The notes below the pieces were generated by a model. The model was not told where the DNA came from. It worked only from the letters and a program-made list of their open reading frames with translations, and did not search any database. Below are positions 37,802 through 47,679 of a stretch of DNA of 64,000 nt, piece by piece. The DNA lies in the NCBI GenBank assembly GCA_965204755.1, contig OZ242011.1, forward strand, positions 1,440,001 to 1,504,000, in the 5' to 3' direction. Position 1 is the first letter of the stretch, and the number at the start of each line of letters is the position of its first letter. The DNA comes from Candidatus Marinacidobacterium sp. Its GTDB lineage: Bacteria; Acidobacteriota; Vicinamibacteria; Marinacidobacterales; Marinacidobacteraceae. A program made the translations under genes and the position numbers.

Positions 37802-38977
37802 ATGCCGGCCGTAAAGTCCGAACTCCTGGTGTGGGCTCGCAAGACCGCCGGCCTCACGATCGAGGATGCAGCGGAGAAGGTCGGCGTCGGCGACACGAAG
37901 ACCGCCACCGCGGCCGAACGACTGTCGGCGATGGAGTCCGGGCGCAAGGAACCGTCGCGCACGGTGCTTCTCGCCATGGAGCGGGTCTATCACCGACCGC
38001 TCGTCGCGTTCTACCTCTCCCGCCCCCCGGCCAAGGGGGAACGCGGCGTGGACTTCCGCACGCTCCGTGGCGGTGGAGAGCCTGCCGACGAGGCCCTGCT
38101 GGACGCCTTGGTGCGGGACATCCTCGCGCGCCAGGACATGGTCCGTGCGCTGTTGGAGGACGACGAGGACTCGGAGACCTGCGAATTCGTCGGTTCCCGC
38201 ACGGTCGAGGACGGTTTGGACTCCGTGCTCGAGTCACTTCAGACTGTCCTGCGTACCGACCTGCAGGCTTACCGCAAGCGACCGACGGCGTCCAAGGCGT
38301 TCGCTCTGCTGCGCGACCGAGTGGAAGCGACCGGGGTGTTCGTTCTGTTGAAGGGCGACTTGGGAAGTCACCGATCGCGTATCCCGTTGGAGTCTTTCCC
38401 GGGTTTCGCCATCGCCGATCCCGTCGCGCCGTTCCTCGTGATCAACGACCACGATGCCGCGCCGGCTCGTTCCTTCGCACTCCTGCACGAAGTCGTCCAC
38501 TTGCTCCTCGGGCAGACGGGCGTGGGCGCTGTGCGGACGGAACACCCGGACGAACGGTTCTGCGACGAAGTCGCCGGAGAGTTCTTGCTCCCGTCGCGCG
38601 AACTGAGCGAACTGACCGTGCCTCGGGGAGACCGCAACAGCGTGGCGAAGGCCATCGCCGAATTCGCCGATGAGCGCAACCTGAGTCGCACCATGATCGC
38701 CTACCGCTTGGCTCGCGAGGGAAGTCTCGACTGGGCGCTGTACGAGAGACTCAGCGCCGGGTGGCGCATCGAGTGGCTCGAACGCAAGCGCCGCGTGGCC
38801 GAGGACGGCGAGACCAAACCGAATTTCTACACCGTCAGGCGCCACCGTCTCGGCAGGCGTCTGACCGAAGTCGTTCGCTTGATGATGGATTCGGAAGATC
38901 TTTCCACGGGTAGGGCGGCGCGGATACTCGGCGTGGGAATCGGTCAAGTGGATCCGCTGCTCGAGCCGGCGTCCTGA
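37802..38977 (+). CDS. XRE-HTH + ImmA/IrrE (peptidase M78) protein
   Basis: N-terminal HTH (LVWARKTAGLTIEDAA), DFRTL, LLHEVVHLLLG, ERFCDEVAGEFLLP. Confidence 0.88.
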   Translation: MPAVKSELLVWARKTAGLTIEDAAEKVGVGDTKTATAAERLSAMESGRKEPSRTVLLAMERVYHRPLVAFYLSRPPAKGERGVDFRTLRGGGEPADEALLDALVRDILARQDMVRALLEDDEDSETCEFVGSRTVEDGLDSVLESLQTVLRTDLQAYRKRPTASKAFALLRDRVEATGVFVLLKGDLGSHRSRIPLESFPGFAIADPVAPFLVINDHDAAPARSFALLHEVVHLLLGQTGVGAVRTEHPDERFCDEVAGEFLLPSRELSELTVPRGDRNSVAKAIAEFADERNLSRTMIAYRLAREGSLDWALYERLSAGWRIEWLERKRRVAEDGETKPNFYTVRRHRLGRRLTEVVRLMMDSEDLSTGRAARILGVGIGQVDPLLEPAS

Positions 38978-38982
38978 GACGC

Positions 38983-39528
38983 GTGCTGTACCTGCTGGAT
39001 GCCAGCGCGCTGATCCGCGCGCACGGGGACTACTATCCGGTGCATCGCGTGCCCGAGTTCTGGAATTGGTTGTTCCGCATGGCGGAGGAGCGCCGGGTCG
39101 CCGTTCCCGTGGAGGTCTATGGGGAGACCGTCAACAGGAAGAAGCCGGACGACTTCGTCAGGTGGATTCGCAGACGCCGAGAGACCATGAAACTCGGGGA
39201 GACGGTTCGACCCGACTTCGTATCCTCCGTCGTCGATCGCGGCTACGCGCCCGACCTGAAGGAGGACGAGATCAGGAGATTGGGGCGTGATCCGTTTCTC
39301 ATCGCCTACGCGCTGCGTGATCCCGAAGACCGATGCGTCGTAACCGACGAGCGTTCGCGGCCCGGCCGGCAACGGGCCAACCGGCATATTCCCGATGTGT
39401 GCGCCGACCTGAACATCCGATGTATCCACATGTTCGGGTTGATTCGCGAACTGGACTTCCGAACGGGCGGGCAACTGCTCGAGGTCACGAGACGACTTCC
39501 GTTGGACGGCCCGCCGGCGTCGAACTGA
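38983..39528 (+). CDS. PIN-domain protein (DUF4411-like)
   Basis: YLLDASALI, FWNWL, DPFLIAYA, VVTDE, IPDVC; usual partner of ImmA/IrrE fusions. Confidence 0.85.
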   Translation: MLYLLDASALIRAHGDYYPVHRVPEFWNWLFRMAEERRVAVPVEVYGETVNRKKPDDFVRWIRRRRETMKLGETVRPDFVSSVVDRGYAPDLKEDEIRRLGRDPFLIAYALRDPEDRCVVTDERSRPGRQRANRHIPDVCADLNIRCIHMFGLIRELDFRTGGQLLEVTRRLPLDGPPASN

Positions 39529-39692
39529 CCGAGGGTCGTGGATCGGCGTCGAGATTCCTCGTTCAGTCGAGGGGGCGCAGGGCGGGGCGTTCGTCGCCAT
39601 CTGCCGCCCGTTCGACGCACGACCAACTGCCGATGAGCCGCCTCGATGTCCGGCCGCGGGAACTCGACTCCACGACGATGTCCCGACGATCC

Positions 39693-41732
39693 GTGAGTCC
39701 GGCGCGGGGAGGCGAACCGGCGCCGGCGGGGGGCGGCGCCGGGACGGCGGCGGGGCCGGTGCGGTTGGTGGTCGCCAATCGGGGGGAGATCGCGCGGCGG
39801 GTGGTTCGGGCGGCTCGAGCGCGGGGGTTCCTCGCCGCGGTGATCTCCACGGAGGCGGACCTCGGGGCGCCGGTGCGGCGGGAGGCGGACGCCGTGCTGG
39901 AGGTTCCCGATTTCCTGGACGGCCCGGCGGTGGTCGCGGCGGCGGTCGGGTGGGGCGCAACCCTGCTCCATCCGGGATACGGATTCCTCTCGGAGGACGC
40001 GGACTTCGCGGCGGCGGTGATCGCGGCGGGGCTGCGGTTCGTGGGGCCCTCCCCGGAGGCGATGCGCCGGCTGGGAGGGAAGGAGGAGGCGCGGCGGCTC
40101 GCGGAGGAGGTCGGCGTTCCCGCGCTGCCGGCGGTGGGTTCGGAGCGTCTCGCGGCTGCATCCGACCCGGCGGCCGTCGTCGAGGGGAGCGGCGTCGGGT
40201 TTCCCTGCGCGGTGAAGGCGGCGTTCGGGGGAGGCGGGATCGGGATCCGGGTGGTGCGGGAGGCGGCGGATCTCCCGGAAGCGCTCGCGGGGGCGGCGGA
40301 ACAGGCGGGGGCCGCGTTCGGCGACGCAACGGTCTATGCGGAGCGGTGGATCGAGCGGCCCCGGCATGTGGAAATCCAAGTGTTCGGCGACGGGCGGGGG
40401 CGCGGGATCCACCTGGGCGAGCGGGAGTGCTCGATCCAGCGGCGGCGGCAGAAACTCGTGGAGTGGACGCCGGCCTTCGGGATGACTCCGGTGCGGCGCC
40501 GGGAGATGGGGGAGGCGGCGCTGCGGCTGGTCGCCGCCGCCGAGTACGGGGGCGCGGGGACGGTGGAGTTCCTGGTGGGCGAGGACGGGCGGTTCTTCTT
40601 CCTCGAAGTGAACACCCGGCTGCAGGTGGAGCACCCGGTGACGGAGACGGCGTACGGCGTGGACCTGGTGGACGCGCAGTTCGACGCGGCACTGGGGCAT
40701 TGGCCGGACTCGCTGCCCCCGCCGGCGCTCCCGGCGGAGTTCGAGCCGCGGGAAGCGGTCGCCGCCGCGGCGGAGGCGCGGCTGCTCGCGGAGTCTCCGG
40801 AGGACGGCTTCGCGCCGAGTCCCGGACGGATTCGGCGGTACCGCGTCCCGGAGGGACCGGGACTGCGCGTGGATTCCGGCGTCGAAGAAGGCGCGCCGGT
40901 TCCCGCCGGCTTCGACTCGCTGCTGGCCAAGGTGGTCGCCGGGGGCGCGGACTTGCCGGCGGCGGTGAGCCGGCTCGCCGCGGCGCTCCGGGAGACGGTC
41001 GTCCACGGGGTGGCGGTGAACGTGTCCTTCCTGGCGGCGATCCTGGAGCATCCGGACTTCCTCGCCGGGCGGGCGCACACCGGCTGGGTGGAGGAGCGCC
41101 TTCCCGAACTCGCCGCGCGGCGCCTCCCGGACGGCGTCTCGGAGATGCTCCGGCGCGAGCGAATGGGGGAAGCGCTCGTCCAGGCCGCCTCGGGCCGGGG
41201 GCGCGGCGCGGGCGCGGCGGTCTTCGGGCGGCTCTCGGACGGCGGCGGTTCTCCCCGGGTGACGCCGGGAGCGGGGCCGGGCGAAGCCGTCGTCTCCCCG
41301 CCGGCGGCCGGGCCGGACGAGGACCGCCCGGGGCCCCTGCGCGTCGTCGCGACTCCGCTCGGCGGCGTCCGGGGGACGGCGGTCACCGCGCTCGGGGAGA
41401 CGATCCTGGTCGGCGCCGGGCCGGACTCGCCGGCGGACGGAGAGTCGGGGGCGGCCGGGGCCGCCGGCGGGGGCGAAGCGCGGGCGCCGGTGGCCGGGCG
41501 GTTGCTCCGGATCCGCGGCGACGCCGGCGCGGTCGTGGAGCGGGGCGAAGTCGTGGCCGTCGTCGAGTCCATGAAGATGCACTGGGAGGTCCGCGCGGCG
41601 CGCGGCGGCCGGCTCGGCGCCCCGCTCGCCGCCGCCGGCGACCCCGTAGCCGCCGGGGCGCCGCTGCAGACCATCCGCGACGCCTCCGACGAGGGGCCGC
41701 CGGCCGCGGGGGCGGACGCCGGATCCCCGTAG
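39693..41732 (+). CDS. Biotin carboxylase/biotin-carrier alpha subunit of acyl-CoA carboxylase
   Basis: VANRGEIA, HPGYGFLSE, ERECSIQRRRQK, EVNTRLQVEHPVTE, ESMKM biotinyl site; start GTG 39693 (or ATG 39678) inferred. Confidence 0.9.
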   Translation: MSPARGGEPAPAGGGAGTAAGPVRLVVANRGEIARRVVRAARARGFLAAVISTEADLGAPVRREADAVLEVPDFLDGPAVVAAAVGWGATLLHPGYGFLSEDADFAAAVIAAGLRFVGPSPEAMRRLGGKEEARRLAEEVGVPALPAVGSERLAAASDPAAVVEGSGVGFPCAVKAAFGGGGIGIRVVREAADLPEALAGAAEQAGAAFGDATVYAERWIERPRHVEIQVFGDGRGRGIHLGERECSIQRRRQKLVEWTPAFGMTPVRRREMGEAALRLVAAAEYGGAGTVEFLVGEDGRFFFLEVNTRLQVEHPVTETAYGVDLVDAQFDAALGHWPDSLPPPALPAEFEPREAVAAAAEARLLAESPEDGFAPSPGRIRRYRVPEGPGLRVDSGVEEGAPVPAGFDSLLAKVVAGGADLPAAVSRLAAALRETVVHGVAVNVSFLAAILEHPDFLAGRAHTGWVEERLPELAARRLPDGVSEMLRRERMGEALVQAASGRGRGAGAAVFGRLSDGGGSPRVTPGAGPGEAVVSPPAAGPDEDRPGPLRVVATPLGGVRGTAVTALGETILVGAGPDSPADGESGAAGAAGGGEARAPVAGRLLRIRGDAGAVVERGEVVAVVESMKMHWEVRAARGGRLGAPLAAAGDPVAAGAPLQTIRDASDEGPPAAGADAGSP

Positions 41733-41805
41733 AGGCCCGAATCCCCGGCGGCCGCGATATCCCGCCGGCTTCCGGCGGCCGGCCGGCGAGTAGCATTCTT
41801 CGCGG

Positions 41806-42933
41806 ATGCGGCGGCTCCCTCGAACGCGCTCTTCCCGACCGCGGCGCATCCCGCCCGGCGGCGCGGCGGCGGTCGGCGCCTTCGCGGTCCTGGCGGCGTC
41901 GGCGGCCCCCGGGTACCGCTTCTACGCCGCCGCGGACGGCGTCGTGGTCCCCGGCTCGGCGGGAGCGGTCCGGTGGAACGCCGCGGAATGGGCCGAAGGC
42001 GGGACCCTCCGCTGGTTCCTCGCCCTGGATTCCGGGTGGACGGAACCTTGGGAAGACGAAGACGGGCCGCGCGACCCGCCGTTCGAGAGGGCGATCGAGG
42101 CGCGGCCCTACTTGGATCGAGCCCTCGAGGCGTGGTCGGACCTCTCCTCCGCGGACATCCGCTGGCGGGCGGGCGGAGCGCGAAACATCCCTGCCGACGA
42201 TCCGGACGGGTGGAACGCGGTGGGCGTCTCCGAAGCCGTGGCGGAGGCCGGGGCGCTGGCGTGGGCCGCCATCTGGATCTGGCGGCCGTCCGTGGCGGAC
42301 GATTGGGAGATCCTCGAGTGCGACATCGAACTGGCCCCCGGGTCGGCGGCGGCGCTCCGGGAGGAAGAGCCGGCCGGGCTCGCCACCCTCATCCACGAGT
42401 TGGGGCACTGCATCGGGCTCGACCACGCCGCCGAACACGCGGTCTATGCCGGCTACTGGGATTTCGACTCGGGCGTGTGGGGCGAGGCGCCGAAGATGTC
42501 CTACGGGTGGAACCTGAGCAACGCCCTGCTCGCCGACGACCGGGTCGGCGCTTCGCTGCTGCGTCCGGCGGCCGGCTGGGTGGCCTCGACCGGCGCCGTC
42601 TCCGGGCGGGTCACGGTTTCCGGCCGACCGGCGCGGTTCGTGACCGTCCGGAGCGCGCGGCTGGTCGGCGGCGAGGCCGCTCCCGGGCCCCAGGCGTTCA
42701 CCGACGGCGCCGGTCGGTTCGAACTGGAGGGGCTCGCGCCGGGCGACTACCTGCTCCGCGCCGGATCGTTCGTCAACGGCCTCGCCCATCCGGAACTCCT
42801 CGAAGCGGGCGCCTCCGGCGACGCCCGGGACGGCTCGCGCCTGGCGCCCGTGTCCATCAGCGCCGGTCAGACGACCCGGGGCGTGGAGATCGCCCTCGCG
42901 CCGGGCCGCGAAGGGAGCGCCTGGGTCGAGTGA
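41806..42933 (+). CDS. Secreted matrixin-like (metzincin) metalloprotease 1
   Basis: Signal peptide, HELGHCIGLDH, Met-turn PKMSYG, C-terminal carboxypeptidase-regulatory-like domain (GRFELEGLAPGDY). Confidence 0.85.
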   Translation: MRRLPRTRSSRPRRIPPGGAAAVGAFAVLAASAAPGYRFYAAADGVVVPGSAGAVRWNAAEWAEGGTLRWFLALDSGWTEPWEDEDGPRDPPFERAIEARPYLDRALEAWSDLSSADIRWRAGGARNIPADDPDGWNAVGVSEAVAEAGALAWAAIWIWRPSVADDWEILECDIELAPGSAAALREEEPAGLATLIHELGHCIGLDHAAEHAVYAGYWDFDSGVWGEAPKMSYGWNLSNALLADDRVGASLLRPAAGWVASTGAVSGRVTVSGRPARFVTVRSARLVGGEAAPGPQAFTDGAGRFELEGLAPGDYLLRAGSFVNGLAHPELLEAGASGDARDGSRLAPVSISAGQTTRGVEIALAPGREGSAWVE

Positions 42934-44042
42934 GCCGCCGCCCGCGCCCTCCGGCGCCGATGCGCCGCCCCCGCCTGGCCGCCGGACTGGCGGCGCTCGG
43001 CCTCCTGTCCGGCGGCGCCGCGTCCGGCTACCGGTTCTACGACGCGGGCGAAGCCTCCCTGGCGCCGAGCGCCGCCGCCGCCGCGCGCTGGCGCGCTTCG
43101 GTCTGGGGGCCGGGCGAATCCTTGGAGTGGCGCCTCGCCGACGACCCCGGCTGGACCTCCGCCTGGACCGGCTCTGAAGGAAAGTCCCACGACCCGCCGT
43201 TCGCCCGGATCGAGGACGCCGTTCCGCTGGTGGAGGCGGCGCTCGCCGCCTGGGCCGGTGTCGGGAGCGCCGACATCCGCTGGCATCTTTCCGGCGTCGG
43301 GCCGGGGCCGGGAATCGAGAAGGACGAACGGAACTCGTTGACGGTGAGACCCAACGACGGCGGCTTCGGCGGGCTGGCGACCTACCGGTTCGAGCGCCGG
43401 GACGAGGAGTCGCGCTGGGAAATCGTCGAGTGCGACATCGAGATCTCGCCGCTGGCGGCCGCCTACACCCGCTCGGACTCGCCCCGCAGCCTCTCCACCC
43501 TGCTCCACGAGTTCGGACACTGCCTCGGCTTGGCGCACGCCGCCGCCCACCCGCTCTGGGGCGGCTGGCGGGAGCGGGACTACGGGATCTGGGGCGAGAG
43601 CCCCAAGATGTCCTACGGACGGGCGCTGGGCAACGGGCTGACCGCGGACGACATCGTGGGGGCGTCCCTCCTCCGCCCGGCGGAGGGCTGGCCCGCCTCG
43701 ACCGCGAGCGTCGCCGGGCGGGTCACCGTCTCGGGACAGCCCGCGCCGTTCGTGTCCGTGTTGAGCGCCCGGCTGGCGGACGGGGCGCGAGCGCCCGGGC
43801 CGAGCGCGTTCACCGACGAGGAAGGGCGCTTCGCCCTCGAAGGGCTGCCGCCGGGGACCTACCTGATCGCCGCCGGCTCGCTGACCGAAGGCCGCGCCCA
43901 CGGCCGGCTGCTGGAAGGCGGCGCCGAACTCGACGCGCGGGACGGGTTCCGGCTCGACCCGGTCGCGCTCGCCGCCGGGGAGGCCCGGACCGACCTGGCG
44001 CTGGACCTGGCCGCCGGACGGGCCGGGAGCGGCCCCGGATGA
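42930..44042 (+). CDS. Secreted matrixin-like metalloprotease 2
   Basis: GTGA overlap (alternative ATG 42960); HEFGHCLGLAH, PKMSYG; paralog of 41806. Confidence 0.85.
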   Translation: MSRRPRPPAPMRRPRLAAGLAALGLLSGGAASGYRFYDAGEASLAPSAAAAARWRASVWGPGESLEWRLADDPGWTSAWTGSEGKSHDPPFARIEDAVPLVEAALAAWAGVGSADIRWHLSGVGPGPGIEKDERNSLTVRPNDGGFGGLATYRFERRDEESRWEIVECDIEISPLAAAYTRSDSPRSLSTLLHEFGHCLGLAHAAAHPLWGGWRERDYGIWGESPKMSYGRALGNGLTADDIVGASLLRPAEGWPASTASVAGRVTVSGQPAPFVSVLSARLADGARAPGPSAFTDEEGRFALEGLPPGTYLIAAGSLTEGRAHGRLLEGGAELDARDGFRLDPVALAAGEARTDLALDLAAGRAGSGPG

Positions 44043-45247
44043 TCCGGTTCCTTCGGCGCTTCGCCGCGCCGGCGGCCGCCGGGGGCGGCGCCCTGGCGCT
44101 CGCGTCCGCCTGCGGCGGGGGCGGCGGCGGGACGAGCGTTCCGGCGCCGTCCGTACCCACGCCGCCGCCGATCGCGGCGGTGGTGTCCTTCGCTTCCTCG
44201 TCGGCGGAGGTCTTCGAGGGCGGGACGGTGGAAATCCCGATCCGCTACGAGTCCCGCAACCTGGCGGCGCCGTGGCGCCTCGGCGTCTCGCCGTTCCCGG
44301 GAACCGCGGCGGCCGCCGACTTCTCGCTGCCGGAGAGCGCCGTCGAGATCCCGGCCGGCTCCGGAACGAGCGGCGAGGTCTCCTTCACGGTCGCCGGCCT
44401 CCTCGACGACGACTTCGAGGAGGGGACGGAGACGCTGCGGTTGGCTTTCGTCCCCGACCCGGCGGTCGAGGCGCAGTTGGGCGCCGACCTGATCGTCTCC
44501 GTCCGGGAAGGCGGCGCGCTCCTGTCGTTCGCGCCGGGGCCGCTGGAAGTGACCGAGGGCGAGGCCGGCGCCGCGGTGATCCGCTACGAGGTGCGGAACC
44601 TGCCGACGGCGCTCCCGCTTTCGGTCTCGGCGCTTCCCGGCACGGCGGCGGAGACCGACTTCCGGCTCGAGCAGGCCGCCTTCGAAGTCCCGGCGGGACG
44701 CGGCGTGTCCGGCGAACTGGCGATTCCGCTTTCCGCTCCGACGGACCGGTCCTTCAGCGAGGGGGACGAGACCGCGACGATCCGTTTCGTCCCGCCGCAA
44801 GCGCCGACGGGCGTTCGCTTGGGCGGAGACCTCGAGTTCACGATCCGGGAGGGCGGCGCCTCCCCGTGCCCCGGCCTGACGATCAGCGCTCGGCCGCCGA
44901 CCGCCTCGGAACCCGGAAACGACGACCGCCTGGGCGCCGGGCACCTGTTCACCCGCCTGACCCTCCTCCGCGAGCCCGCCGCCGCGGGAACGACCCTGGA
45001 CTTCCGGGGGCCGTACTACTGGGAGGAGCGGCTCGCCGAGTACGACTACCGGCCCTTCGCCGCGACCCGCATCGCCCGCTGGAGCGCCGAACCGGAGGGC
45101 GCCGCCATCCGCCACGAACTGGACATCGAGTGGCCGGACGCCGCCACCCTGCGCGACCCGGATCTCGAACTCGGTTTCCTGGGCGGCGCCTGTTCCGGCG
45201 AACCGGTCGCGTCCTGTTCCGCGGAGGGCTGCGAACTCACTCCCTGA
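44039..45247 (+). CDS. Lipoprotein with two Calx-beta-like domains and a Cys-containing C-terminal domain
   Basis: ATGA overlap; lipobox ASAC + Gly run; two ~110-aa repeats (SF...EG...IRYE...PGTA..DF...EG.ET). Confidence 0.72.
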   Translation: MIRFLRRFAAPAAAGGGALALASACGGGGGGTSVPAPSVPTPPPIAAVVSFASSSAEVFEGGTVEIPIRYESRNLAAPWRLGVSPFPGTAAAADFSLPESAVEIPAGSGTSGEVSFTVAGLLDDDFEEGTETLRLAFVPDPAVEAQLGADLIVSVREGGALLSFAPGPLEVTEGEAGAAVIRYEVRNLPTALPLSVSALPGTAAETDFRLEQAAFEVPAGRGVSGELAIPLSAPTDRSFSEGDETATIRFVPPQAPTGVRLGGDLEFTIREGGASPCPGLTISARPPTASEPGNDDRLGAGHLFTRLTLLREPAAAGTTLDFRGPYYWEERLAEYDYRPFAATRIARWSAEPEGAAIRHELDIEWPDAATLRDPDLELGFLGGACSGEPVASCSAEGCELTP

Positions 45248-45284
45248 ACCCGGCGCCCGCCCTCCGTCTCCGGCCCCCGCCGCC

Positions 45285-46442
45285 ATGAGCCGCCGCCGCC
45301 CGCCCCTTCCGTCGGGCGGCGGGCGCCACGAGGCCCGCTCGGCGGCGCGGCGGTTCGGCTGCCGGACCGTCGTCGCGCCGGCGATCGCCCTCTCGACCGC
45401 CCTCTCGACCGGGAACGCGCCCGGTTACCGGTTCACCGGGTACCGGCAGTTGCCGCTGCCGACCGTGGAGACCGCCGTCCGCTGGCGGGCGGACCGGTGG
45501 GGCCCGGGAGCGTCGGTCGTCTGGCGCCTGGCCCGCGACTCCGCCTGGACGGCGGCGTGGACCGACGACCTCGGGGCGCCGCAGCCGCCGCCGTTCCGGA
45601 CGGTCGCGGACGCGGTCCCGATGGTGGCGGAATCCTTGGGGGTTTGGGCGGAGGTCGCCTCGGCGGACATCCGCTGGCGGGTCGAGGGGACGGTCGCCGG
45701 CGCGGGAGGGGACCTCGACGGGACGAACACGATCTCCGTGGACGACGCCCCCGGCATCCTCGGTTGGGCGAGCGCCTGGTGGGAGCGGAACGAGGCGAAC
45801 GACGGCTGGGAGGTCGTCGAATGCGACATCGGCCTGGTCCCGACCGCGGTGGCCGGCTACGCGCCGGGACGACCGCGCCCGAACGCGACCCTGGTCCACG
45901 AACTCGGCCACTGCATCGGTCTCGACCACGCGAGCGACCCGGGGGAGTGGGCCGGCCTCCACGATCTCGATTCCGGCTTCCTCGGCGAGCCGCCCAAGAT
46001 GTCCTACGGGCGGCCGCTCACCGACCTCCTCCATCCGGACGACCGCGCCGGCGCGTCGCTTCTGCGTCCGGCCCCCGGCTGGAGGCGGCGCACCGGGACG
46101 ATCACCGGGACGGTCACCGCCGGCGGAAGACCGGCGCGCTACGCCGCGATCTTCAGCGCGCGGTTGGTCGGCGGCGAAGCGAGCCCCGGCCCGGCCACCT
46201 TCGCCGATGACCGCGGCCGGTTCGAACTCGCCGGCGCCGCGCCCGGCGACTACCTGCTGCGGGCCGGAGCGATCCCGGACATCGGGACCCACCAGAGCCT
46301 CGTGAACGAGGGCGAGGGGGCGTCGTTCGATGTCCGCGACGGCCTCCTGCTCGAACCGGTGACCGTCCGCGCCGGGGAAACGACGACCGGAGTCGCGCTG
46401 GTCCTCGCGCCGGGGCGCGCGGGATCGGGTTACCCGCGCTGA
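45285..46442 (+). CDS. Secreted matrixin-like metalloprotease 3
   Basis: HELGHCIGLDH, PKMSYG; same architecture as paralogs 1 and 2. Confidence 0.85.
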   Translation: MSRRRPPLPSGGGRHEARSAARRFGCRTVVAPAIALSTALSTGNAPGYRFTGYRQLPLPTVETAVRWRADRWGPGASVVWRLARDSAWTAAWTDDLGAPQPPPFRTVADAVPMVAESLGVWAEVASADIRWRVEGTVAGAGGDLDGTNTISVDDAPGILGWASAWWERNEANDGWEVVECDIGLVPTAVAGYAPGRPRPNATLVHELGHCIGLDHASDPGEWAGLHDLDSGFLGEPPKMSYGRPLTDLLHPDDRAGASLLRPAPGWRRRTGTITGTVTAGGRPARYAAIFSARLVGGEASPGPATFADDRGRFELAGAAPGDYLLRAGAIPDIGTHQSLVNEGEGASFDVRDGLLLEPVTVRAGETTTGVALVLAPGRAGSGYPR

Positions 46443-46470
46443 GCTGCCGGCGGCGTTCCCCCGCCGGCGG

Positions 46471-47598
46471 TCACTCCGGTGTCAGTCCGGTCAGCCGGCG
46501 GAAGGCGGCGGCGATCCCCTCGCGGGAGAGGCCGCCCCCGAGCGCGGCGGTCAGCAGCATCCGGGCCTTCAGGCCGGGCACATCGCCGCCGGAGACGATG
46601 CCGCGTTCCCGCTCGGCGTCGGAGAGGACCACCCGGCCGGCCCCGGTCCGGGTGGTGAACACGACCACCGCTCCGGCGGCCAGCGCCCGGTCCACCGCCT
46701 CGTCCGCCTCCGGAGGCACATTCCCCCGGCCGAAGACCTCCACGACCAGCCCGCGGGCGCCGTTCTCCGCCGCCGCCAGGATCCCCGAAGCCCCGCCCCC
46801 GGCGGTCAGCCGCGCCAGTTCGACCCGCGGCTCCACCGCCGGGGTCTCGAGGAACACGCGCCGGCGCGGCTCGGCGAACAGGAGCAGGCGGCCCTCGTCC
46901 ACCGCCCCGACCGGCCCGGAAGCGGGCGAGGCGAAGGCGTGGAGCGCGATGGAGTGGGTCTTTTCGACTTCCCGGGCCGCGTGGACCTGGCCGTTCAGGA
47001 CGACGAGCGCCCCGAACCCCCGGAACCGCTCCGAGGCGGCGACCCGGATCGCGTCGAGGAGGTTCCGGGGGCCGTCGGTGTCGGGGTGGCGGGGGGCGCG
47101 CTGGGCGGCGGCGAAGACCACCGGCCGCCCGGCCGGCAGCACCACATCGAGCAGGAAGGCGGTCTCTTCGAGCGAGTCGGTGCCGTGGGTCACGACCACT
47201 CCCGAGAGTCCGGGGCGCGCGGCGAAGACTTCGCGCACCCGCTCGGCGAGTCCGAACTGCAACTCCGGATGCATCCGGGAACTGCCGATCCGGGAGAAGT
47301 CCTCGGTGGTGACCTCCGCCACTTCGGCGAGGCCGGGAAGCGCCGCCCGGAGCGCCTCTGCGTCGAGGGGCCCGGCGGCGCCGCCGGAGATCGTCCCGCC
47401 GGTCCCGATCAGGTGGACCCGGGGCAGGCTCGGCGCCTGTTCCGCGCCGCTCGCGGCGCCGGAGGCGGCGGACGAAAGGGGGAGGAGCGCGAGGAGCGCC
47501 GCCCCGAGGACGCGGGCGCCCGCTGACGACGGGGCCGGGGCGGCCGGGTCACCGAGCCCGGGTCGAGCCCGCCGGGCCGACACCGTTCCGCGCCGCAT
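46471..47598 (-). CDS. L-asparaginase (type II-like, exported)
   Basis: GTGGTI, THGTDSLEET, DGPRN, GRGNVP; signal peptide. Confidence 0.9.
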   Translation of the reverse strand: MRRGTVSARRARPGLGDPAAPAPSSAGARVLGAALLALLPLSSAASGAASGAEQAPSLPRVHLIGTGGTISGGAAGPLDAEALRAALPGLAEVAEVTTEDFSRIGSSRMHPELQFGLAERVREVFAARPGLSGVVVTHGTDSLEETAFLLDVVLPAGRPVVFAAAQRAPRHPDTDGPRNLLDAIRVAASERFRGFGALVVLNGQVHAAREVEKTHSIALHAFASPASGPVGAVDEGRLLLFAEPRRRVFLETPAVEPRVELARLTAGGGASGILAAAENGARGLVVEVFGRGNVPPEADEAVDRALAAGAVVVFTTRTGAGRVVLSDAERERGIVSGGDVPGLKARMLLTAALGGGLSREGIAAAFRRLTGLTPE

Positions 47599-47679
47599 GG
47601 GCGCGAACGCTACCGCCTTCGCGGCGCGCCGAACGCGCCGCCGCCGGGTGTCCGACGAGTATCCGACGAGGGCGCCCGT

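Noticed and set aside
37532-39576. 11-bp repeat GTCGAGGGGGC as att sites of the ImmA/PIN insert
   Set aside because: Excision does not restore a reading frame, the motif is G-rich and also occurs at 30082; the CGTGA model fits better.
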